A DNA stretch of 64,000 nt from Bacteriovoracia bacterium. Its GTDB lineage: Bacteria; Bdellovibrionota; UBA1018; JBFWNL01. Shown here piece after piece: positions 57,190-64,000 of this stretch. Made by a program: the position numbers and the translations under genes. Location of the stretch: assembly GCA_050251055.1 (NCBI GenBank), contig JBFWNL010000004.1, positions 299,240 to 363,239 of the forward strand, written 5' to 3'. Below the pieces are notes generated by a model. It was not told where the DNA came from and made no database searches. It saw only the letters and a program-made list of their open reading frames with translations. Numbering within the stretch: position 1 is the stretch's first letter; each line of letters opens with the position of its first letter.

Positions 57190-57695
57190 GCGAGTTCACG
57201 CTGCGCGCGGCGACGGCCGCGGAGGTGGCGGAAATCTGGGAACTGAACCAAACGGAAGTCCCGCACGTTGGCGACATCACGCTCGCGCAGATGCATTCCC
57301 ACTTCCAAAATGCCGCGCGGTTCACGGTGGTGCGCACGGCGCCCGCGGCGACGGGCGTGGGCAAGCTGGCGGGCTTTTTACTCGCGTTCGATGAAACGGC
57401 GTCTTATCAAAGCCCCAACTACCTGTGGTTTAAGGCCCGCTATCCCGACTTTGTTTACGTGGACCGTCTCGCCGTGGCGCCGGAGTTCCGCAAAAGCGGG
57501 ATCGGCCGAAGATTGTATGCCGATATTGAAGCGTTCGCGCTTCCCCGTACCCGCCGGGTAACGTGCGAGGTGAACCTCCGCCCTTCGAATGAAACATCGC
57601 TACGATTCCATCGGGGGATTGGTTTCAATGAAGTCGGCGTTCAGGATACCGATGGGGGTGAAAAGACCGTGAGCCTCCTCCTCAAAACCCTCTAG
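57186..57695 (+). CDS. GNAT family acetyltransferase
   Basis: SPNYLWF, YVDRLAV, RKSGIG, CEVN, FH...GF.EVG. GTGA overlap with gcvP. Confidence 0.88.
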
Positions 57696-57829
57696 TTCAA
57701 GATAACTTATTATTAATAATAGATAATTTCACGGCGGCCGTTTTGCTACCGGCGTCGCCACGGGTGGCACCAGATTTCGCCCGGCTTGGGTTGGCGGCGC
57801 ATATATCGCGTAATGGGCTGGTATACCCC

Positions 57830-57967
57830 TTGCTCTAGGGGAAGGCAGCTGCTGGGAAAAAGTTATCAGTTTCCATCCACCACCTGCGCGCCCGAGAGGG
57901 CATGCAGTGTCCTACCACCGAAGGCCCGGCCCTCGATTCATTTCGGGCGCCGGGCTCATTTCTTTTG
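57830..57967 (+). ncRNA. Candidate small RNA ending in an intrinsic terminator
   Basis: GAGA-tetraloop hairpin 57884-907, C-rich linkers, terminator stem 57924-55 plus T-rich tail. 5' end uncertain. Confidence 0.35.
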
Positions 57968-58034
57968 ACGTTTGTATTAGAGGAAGCAAACCGAGAATTG
58001 CGACGGAATGACGCCGAGGTTGCTCTGGGTCGGT

Positions 58035-58421
58035 TTACTTTAACGACGACACGTACTTTTCATACGCGGTCGCGTCCATGAGCTCTCCCAGTTCAGCGGG
58101 ATTCGTCGCGACGATCTTCACTAGCCACCCATCTTCGTGCGGGCTTTGGTTGAGGGTCGCTGGCGCATCCACGACGGCGGCATTCATCTCTAAAATCGTG
58201 CCGGAGATCGGGGCGTAGAGATCGGACACCGCCTTGATGCTCTCCACCACGCCGAAGGTTCCGCCCTTTTTCAGCTCTTTGCCTTTGGCGGGAAGCTCGA
58301 CGTAGACGATATCGCCCAGGGCGCTTTGCGCGTGATCCGTGATGCCGACGGTCACGGTATTACCCTCGATGCGGGCCCATTCATGATCTTTCGTGTATTT
58401 CAAGTCGTTGGGGAATTTCAT
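58035..58421 (-). CDS. gcvH: Glycine cleavage H protein
   Basis: HEW, GITDHAQ..LGD, VESIKA lipoyl lysine. Confidence 0.97.
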   Translation of the reverse strand: MKFPNDLKYTKDHEWARIEGNTVTVGITDHAQSALGDIVYVELPAKGKELKKGGTFGVVESIKAVSDLYAPISGTILEMNAAVVDAPATLNQSPHEDGWLVKIVATNPAELGELMDATAYEKYVSSLK

Positions 58422-58433
58422 GACGTTCTCCTG

Positions 58434-59546
58434 TTAGTAGGGGCGCTTGTAAAATGGGGTTTCGACGATGACCGCCGGGACTTTCGCTTCACGGATTTCG
58501 ACCATGAGCGAGGTACCGATATCGGTGTGGCCAGTGGCGACGTAAGCAATGCCGATCGGATCCTTGGTAGAAGGCGACTGACTTCCGCTCGTAAGCTCGC
58601 CCAGCGGTTTCGTGCCGCTCGCGTCGTAAACTTTGTAGCCTTGGCGGGGAATCCCGCGGCCTTGTAACTTAATGCCGACAAGCTTGCGTTTGAGGCCCGC
58701 TTCCTTCGCGTGCACGAGCGCATCTCGACCCATGAATTCGCCCTTGGTGAGCTTCGTCACCCAGCCCAGGCCCGCTTCCAAAGGATTCGTCTGCGCCGTA
58801 AGTTCGTTGCCGTAAAGGGGGTACTTCATTTCGAGGCGCAGCGTATCGCGCGCGCCCAAGCCACAGGGTTTCAAGCCGTGAGGCTTACCCGCTTCCAATA
58901 AGCCGCGCCAAACCTTGGGACCGTCGTTCCAAGGTACGTAGATTTCAAATCCGTCTTCGCCGGTGTAGCCGGTGCGCGCCACGATCGCGGGAATATTTCC
59001 CATCACCGCGCCCTCGGAAAACCAATAGGTCTTGATTTTCGTCAGATCGACGTTGGTGAGCTCGTCCAAAATCTTTTCGGCCTTCGGGCCCTGTAGCGCG
59101 ATCTGCGTGTAATGCGCGCTTTGGTTGGCGAGGTCCACCTCGGGAAACTTCGCGGCCGTCGACTTCAGGACGTCCTGCATGTGGGCGAAGTCTTTATCCG
59201 TGTTCGACGCATTCACGACAACGAGGAAACGGTCGCGCGCGCGGCGATAAATCACGAGGTCGTCGACGATACCGCCTTCGGGGTAGCACATGGCCGTGTA
59301 CTGGGCTTGGCCGATGGCGAGCTTCGCGACATCGTTGGTGACGAGGAAATTGAGAAACTTTTCGGCGTCGGCGCCGGTGACGTCGACTTCGCCCATGTGG
59401 CTGACGTCGAAAAGGCCCGCGGCGGTGCGGCAGGCGGTATGCTCATCGATTACGCCGCTGTACTGCACGGGTAGTTCCCAGCCGCCGAAGTCGACCAGGC
59501 GGCCGCCGAGGGCACGGTGCTCTTCTAAGAGCGCAGTTTGTTTCAT
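58434..59546 (-). CDS. gcvT: Glycine cleavage aminomethyltransferase T
   Basis: FDVSHMG, RTGYTGEDGFE, GLGARDTLRLE. Confidence 0.98.
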   Translation of the reverse strand: MKQTALLEEHRALGGRLVDFGGWELPVQYSGVIDEHTACRTAAGLFDVSHMGEVDVTGADAEKFLNFLVTNDVAKLAIGQAQYTAMCYPEGGIVDDLVIYRRARDRFLVVVNASNTDKDFAHMQDVLKSTAAKFPEVDLANQSAHYTQIALQGPKAEKILDELTNVDLTKIKTYWFSEGAVMGNIPAIVARTGYTGEDGFEIYVPWNDGPKVWRGLLEAGKPHGLKPCGLGARDTLRLEMKYPLYGNELTAQTNPLEAGLGWVTKLTKGEFMGRDALVHAKEAGLKRKLVGIKLQGRGIPRQGYKVYDASGTKPLGELTSGSQSPSTKDPIGIAYVATGHTDIGTSLMVEIREAKVPAVIVETPFYKRPY

Positions 59547-59594
59547 GAAGGGGATTTACTCCTGAAGCCCACGGGTTGTCTAACTCAAACTATT

Positions 59595-60446
59595 TTAGTC
59601 GGATGTCGAGGAGCGGGCGGCGAGTAGGGTGTTCCGCAGTAAGATCGTGATGGTCATGGGACCTACCCCGCCGGGAACCGGGGTGAGCGCCGAAGCGACC
59701 CGGGAAACGGATTCAGCATCCACGTCGCCGCAGACTTTCCCACCCGGGAGCCGGTGAATGCCGACGTCAATCACCACGGCGCCGGGCTTGCAGTGCTTTT
59801 CGGTGATGAGTTTGGGCTTACCCGCGGCGGCGACCAGAACATCCGCTTGGCGGGTGTAAGTTTCCAGATTTTGAGTACGGCTGTGACAATGAAGCAAGGT
59901 CGCATTCTTCTGCATCAGCAGCGTGGCCATGGGCTTTCCCACGATCGAGCTGCGGCCCACTACGCAAACGGTTTTCCCGTCGAGCTTCACCCCCGCGTGT
60001 TCAAGAATCTCCATCACCCCGGTGGGAGTGCAAGGCTGCAGGCAGGATAGGCCTAGGCTTAATCGACCCACGTTTTCCGGATGGAAGGCGTCGACGTCTT
60101 TTGCGGGCGTGACCCAATAAGAGACGTCCTCTTCCCGATATGTTTTGGGCAGCGGACGCTGGATCAGGATGCCGTCCACGGCGGGGTCCGCGTTCAGCCG
60201 ATCGATCACGGTTTTGGCCTCTTGCGGGGTGGCGTCCGCGGAGAGCCGGATGGTTTCATGGGCGAATCCCACCGATTCGCAGGCTTCCCCTTTTTTGGCC
60301 GTATAGATGACGCTGGCCGGGTCTTCTCCCACGAGCACGACCACTAGTTTGGGTTTGCGTCCGTGGAGTTTCGCGAACTGGGCGGCCTCGGTTTTTACCG
60401 TGGCCCGGATTTTCTCGGATACCGGTTTGGCGGGGAGGAGCTGCAC
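59595..60446 (-). CDS. folD: Methylenetetrahydrofolate dehydrogenase/cyclohydrolase
   Basis: KDVD, PCTP, GRSSIVGKP, TPVPGGVGPMT. Confidence 0.97.
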   Translation of the reverse strand: MQLLPAKPVSEKIRATVKTEAAQFAKLHGRKPKLVVVLVGEDPASVIYTAKKGEACESVGFAHETIRLSADATPQEAKTVIDRLNADPAVDGILIQRPLPKTYREEDVSYWVTPAKDVDAFHPENVGRLSLGLSCLQPCTPTGVMEILEHAGVKLDGKTVCVVGRSSIVGKPMATLLMQKNATLLHCHSRTQNLETYTRQADVLVAAAGKPKLITEKHCKPGAVVIDVGIHRLPGGKVCGDVDAESVSRVASALTPVPGGVGPMTITILLRNTLLAARSSTSD

Positions 60447-60600
60447 GAGGGGAGAATAGCATGGATTTCATTTTTATTCACTTCACCCCGGGGCGGGCGC
60501 GCCTAGGCAGGTTCTGCCAAGCTCGGCGAAATTTGCCGCGTGTACGATAAAAAAACTCCGCTCCGACTTTGAAATCAAAGAAAAATTTTAGTTTCTCCCG

Positions 60601-60616
60601 CGGCACGCCGATTGCT
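60601..60616 (+). promoter_or_regulatory. Sigma54 (-24/-12) promoter of the flgF operon
   Basis: CGGCACGCCGATTGCT, exact GG-N10-GC spacing, 43 bp before the flgF start. Confidence 0.8.
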
Positions 60617-60659
60617 CTTACTTGCCCCTGGGACAGGAAGTCCCGGGGGAGAGACACGA

Positions 60660-61565
60660 TTGTCTAGCGGAATTTGGACGACCGTATCGGGCGCGATGGC
60701 CCAACAGCAGATGGTGGATACGGTCGCCAACAATTTGGCAAACTCGGATACCGCGGCATTCAAGAAAGATATGCCGGCTTTTCGCGAATACCTCGCGACG
60801 GTCGAGAACGAGCACGCCGCCGTCGACATTCCCCGCGGCCCCATCAAAGACAAAGAATTCTATCCGCTCGATGGCAAGGACCAGGCCTTCGTCATCACCG
60901 ACGGGACTTACACGAATTTTCGCCAGGGAAACCTGCGGGTCACGCACTCGCCCTTCGATCTCGCGATCGACGGCCCTGGATTTTTTGAGGTCAGCACGCC
61001 CAACGGAGTCCGTTACACGAGGCAAGGAAGCCTCAAAGTGACTAAGGATGGTCTGTTAACTACTCCCGAGGGGTACCCCGTGTTGGCAGCTCAACCCGGA
61101 GGGCTGGCGTCCGCGCTGCCGGCCACCACAGCTGTTCAGCCGAGCCAAGGAGGGCCCACAACTCAAGGAGGAGTTGCGGCTGGACAACCCACCCCACCCC
61201 CGGAAACCCAAGCGCGGTTCGTGAACTTGCGGGACGTGACGGGACAGATCGCGGTGACGGAAGGCGGCGACGTGTATGCCGGCGACCGGTTGATCGCGAA
61301 GCTCGCCCTCACCGAGTTCCAGGATTCGCGCTTCCTGCGCAAGCGCGGCGGGCTTTTATTTGAAAACGTGAAGCCCGACAACGTGAAGTCCGAACCCGCG
61401 CGGAGCATCGTCCGCCAGGGCGTGATCGAAACCTCGAACGTGAACCCCATCGAAGAGATGACCAAGCTCATTAGCGCGCATCGCGGATTTGAGCACGGTA
61501 TGAAGGCGATGAAGGTGCATGACGAGTTCATGAGCAAAGAAGCCAACGAGATCGGGAAATTATAA
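60660..61565 (+). CDS. flgF: Flagellar basal-body rod protein FlgF
   Basis: VANNLAN, DLAIDG.GFF, YTRQG, ETSNVN. TTG start after GGAG; precedes flgG. Confidence 0.88.
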   Translation: MSSGIWTTVSGAMAQQQMVDTVANNLANSDTAAFKKDMPAFREYLATVENEHAAVDIPRGPIKDKEFYPLDGKDQAFVITDGTYTNFRQGNLRVTHSPFDLAIDGPGFFEVSTPNGVRYTRQGSLKVTKDGLLTTPEGYPVLAAQPGGLASALPATTAVQPSQGGPTTQGGVAAGQPTPPPETQARFVNLRDVTGQIAVTEGGDVYAGDRLIAKLALTEFQDSRFLRKRGGLLFENVKPDNVKSEPARSIVRQGVIETSNVNPIEEMTKLISAHRGFEHGMKAMKVHDEFMSKEANEIGKL

Positions 61566-62347
61566 TGGAACGTGCACTGACCACCGCCGCCACCGGATTG
61601 CAAGCGCAACAAGCGAACATCGAGCGGATCTCCAACGATCTGGCTAACGTCAACACCGATGGCTACAAGCGCTCGCGCACCGAGTTTCAAGACCTGATGT
61701 ACCAGACGATCAAGGAACCGGGAACCGCGACCGGCGTGGCTTCACAGAGTCCCGTCGGCATCGAGCGTGGTATGGGCGTGAAAGTCGGCGCCGAGCATAA
61801 GATCCATGACCAGGGTCCCGCCCGCATGACGTACCACCCCTACGATTTCATGATCGAAGGTCCCGGTTTTTTCCCAGTGCAGATGCCGAACGGGGAAGTA
61901 GGTTACACCCGCGTGGGATCGTTCCATCGGGACGCGCAAGGACGCCTCTATCTCACCAATGGCGCCCAGATGGTCCCGCAGGTAACCGTGCCGAACAATG
62001 CCATTAACGTCGTCGTCACGGGCGGCGGCGAGGTCAAGGCCACGATGCCGGATTCTTCCGAGGTTACGATTGGGCAGATCCAGCTCATCCGCTTCCAGAA
62101 CGAAGAAGGCTTGAGCGCGGGCGGAGGCGGCATCTATCGTGTGACCGCGGCGAGCGGCCCGCCTTTGCAGGGAATTCCGGGTGAAAATGGATACGGGACG
62201 ATCCAGCAGGGCGCGCTGGAAGGATCGAACGTGAACGTGCCGAACGCGATGGTGGACATGATCGCGACGCAACGTGCTTACGAAATGAATACTAAGGTAA
62301 TGGGAATCGCGGATCAGATGATGAGCGCGACCGTGAATATTAAATAG
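61565..62347 (+). CDS. flgG: Flagellar basal-body rod protein FlgG
   Basis: ISNDLANVNT.GYK, FQDLMYQ, LEGSNV, QRAYEMN. Confidence 0.95.
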   Translation: MERALTTAATGLQAQQANIERISNDLANVNTDGYKRSRTEFQDLMYQTIKEPGTATGVASQSPVGIERGMGVKVGAEHKIHDQGPARMTYHPYDFMIEGPGFFPVQMPNGEVGYTRVGSFHRDAQGRLYLTNGAQMVPQVTVPNNAINVVVTGGGEVKATMPDSSEVTIGQIQLIRFQNEEGLSAGGGGIYRVTAASGPPLQGIPGENGYGTIQQGALEGSNVNVPNAMVDMIATQRAYEMNTKVMGIADQMMSATVNIK

Positions 62348-62378
62348 TTTTTGATTTGAAACTCTGGAGGGCGACCAG

Positions 62379-63092
62379 GTGATTTTGGCTTTGATTTTAA
62401 TAGGGATTGGACCGGTGCAGGCGGAGGTGCCAGAGGTGAACAACACTTCTTCCCTCACTTCATCGGCGGCAGTTTTAAATGCTTTAGTAAAAAAACAAAT
62501 TTCCGCCAAGTACGACAACGCACGTATTGAGCTGCAGGGCGACGTGGCCTGGCTTGCGCCGGCACCCGATGCGGCGTCGCTCGCGGAACCGTCCGTCCAA
62601 ATCACTTTTGTTTCCGACAACCAACGCGGAGAAGCCTGGATTCGCGCGGTCACCAGTGGCCGCGTGCATGACGGATCCGTAAGATTCGCCGCGTTTCGCA
62701 AGGCTTACGTTCCCGTCAAGCGCATCGCCCCGGGCGAAGCGGTGGGAATTGAGTCCGTGCGCGTGGAGGAAGTAAATATCGCCCAGGGACATGAAAACCA
62801 GATGCGAGGGCTGATCGTGGGGCCCGAGGTGGAGCTGAACCGCATGGAGGCCCGCCAGACTTTGCTCGAGGGACAGGCGATCACTAGCCCCGGCGTGCAG
62901 CGCATGCCAGATGTTCGTCGCGGTGATCTCCTGGTCGTGCAAATTAACTCGGGCGGACTGAAGCTTTCTACGCAAGCGGTGGCGCAGGAACCCGGGCACG
63001 TGGGCGATAAAATCCGCGTGATGAGCCGCTCGACGAAGCGGGACATGGCGGGCGTACTGACCCAGATGGACCGCGTCGAGGTGAATCTATGA
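62379..63092 (+). CDS. flgA: Flagellar P-ring chaperone FlgA
   Basis: Signal peptide, SAF-like region, VRRGD...G.VGD.IRV; synteny. Confidence 0.85.
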   Translation: MILALILIGIGPVQAEVPEVNNTSSLTSSAAVLNALVKKQISAKYDNARIELQGDVAWLAPAPDAASLAEPSVQITFVSDNQRGEAWIRAVTSGRVHDGSVRFAAFRKAYVPVKRIAPGEAVGIESVRVEEVNIAQGHENQMRGLIVGPEVELNRMEARQTLLEGQAITSPGVQRMPDVRRGDLLVVQINSGGLKLSTQAVAQEPGHVGDKIRVMSRSTKRDMAGVLTQMDRVEVNL

Positions 63093-64000
63093 AACACGCT
63101 CTCGCGATTTTACTTTTAACGGCCTGCGGATGCAGCACCATGATGGGCAAGCTGCGCCGCGATCTGGATGATTCCCCGCCCTACTATGAACCGACGGTCG
63201 GCGGAAAATGGCCGGAGGGCGGTATGCTGACGGGCTCTCCGATGGAGGTAGACCGCTACAATTCCGTGGGCCACTCCGAACGCGGTCCGGCCAGCGTTTC
63301 GAGTCGTGAATACTTACCCGGGGAAGGACCTTCGTGGGTTTCGCAGGGCGAAGCCGATGCCGTGAATCGAGATCGTTATCGCGAGGCGATTTCCTACTCT
63401 TCCCGGCCAGATATGGCGCCGCCCGTGAAGCGCCGGTATAAAAACGGTACGCGCGCCACGCGGGCGGACTTCATCGACGAATCCCAAAACGAAGGCTCGC
63501 TATGGGCCTCGAATGGCCAGACCAACTATTTTTTCACGAAGAATCGCACGCGCGCCGTCGGCGATATCGTGACCGTTACCTTGGATGAGCAGATGGTGAA
63601 GGACGTTCACACCGAGGTGAAGAAATCCTTGAGCCAGATGGAAATGGAGATCGAGCTCGCCGATGCGCAAGAGCGCCTGCGCAAGCGGGCGTTGGGCATC
63701 CCCGAGGGAGACGCGAAAGCGGGTGCCCCAGCGACGGCGGCCCGCGGTCCGGCTGCGGCGGGTAAGGAAGATGAAAAGAAAAAGGAAGAAGAGCCAGATG
63801 TGGACGTACCGAAGGCCACTTACGCCGACGTCGATGTGTCCAAGCACGTGACGCTCGCCGCGGGCGAAACCATGATGGCCGAGATTTTGGAGCGCTATCC
63901 GAACGGAAATTACAAGATCCGCTCGACGAAGCGAGTTCCTTACCGCGGCAGCACGCGTTTGATGACCATGGTGGGCATCGCCAAAGCGGCCGACGTGGAT
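63089..64000 (+). CDS. flgH: Flagellar L-ring lipoprotein FlgH, 3' truncated and absent from the ORF track
   Basis: Hand translation MKHALAILLLTACGC...GSLW...VGDIVTV...PNGNY.I. ATGA overlap with flgA. Confidence 0.88.
   Translation, partial: MKHALAILLLTACGCSTMMGKLRRDLDDSPPYYEPTVGGKWPEGGMLTGSPMEVDRYNSVGHSERGPASVSSREYLPGEGPSWVSQGEADAVNRDRYREAISYSSRPDMAPPVKRRYKNGTRATRADFIDESQNEGSLWASNGQTNYFFTKNRTRAVGDIVTVTLDEQMVKDVHTEVKKSLSQMEMEIELADAQERLRKRALGIPEGDAKAGAPATAARGPAAAGKEDEKKKEEEPDVDVPKATYADVDVSKHVTLAAGETMMAEILERYPNGNYKIRSTKRVPYRGSTRLMTMVGIAKAADVD

Noticed and set aside
57786-57968. 60-aa ORF in the gcv gap
   Set aside because: TTG start without an RBS, runs through a terminator hairpin, and has no protein-like features.
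57981-58030. c-di-GMP-I riboswitch suggested by GCAAACC
   Set aside because: No GNRA-capped P2 and no GGACGCAAA element follow.

Overview
Replication-origin region of a Gram-negative, moderately GC-rich bacterium. Gene order resembles what I recall for Bdellovibrionota/Oligoflexia: dnaA-oriC-dnaN-recF-gyrB-gyrA-TPR-atpIBE leftward, and rpmH-rnpA-yidD-yidC-mnmE ... mnmG-rsmG-parA-parB-bactofilin-atpF'FHAGDC rightward. That lineage call is inference from synteny, not a database result. Further right are a lytic transglycosylase, xseB-tlyA, PBP1A/TonB, a split glycine-cleavage system, folD and a sigma54-type flgFGAH operon. Most genes are housekeeping. The notable points are: (1) an oriC with DnaA boxes, DnaA-trios and an AT tract; (2) two perfect parS palindromes inside rsmG; (3) a KAS III (fabH-like) gene between gyrB and gyrA; (4) about 10.5 kb between mnmE and mnmG holding an isobutyryl-CoA-mutase-type operon, a GT87 glycosyltransferase, tRNA-Gly and an uncharacterised module (TIGR02147-like HTH regulator, GATTACA operator-like repeats, a GTKIGNP lipoprotein and a secreted Cys-His-Glu peptidase candidate); (5) a UvrA lacking its insertion domain; (6) a patatin-fold lipoprotein lacking its catalytic residues, coupled to PBP1A; (7) two structured intergenic RNA candidates. 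No CRISPR array, integrase, transposase or rRNA was seen. All family calls are by eye from motifs; no searches were run.
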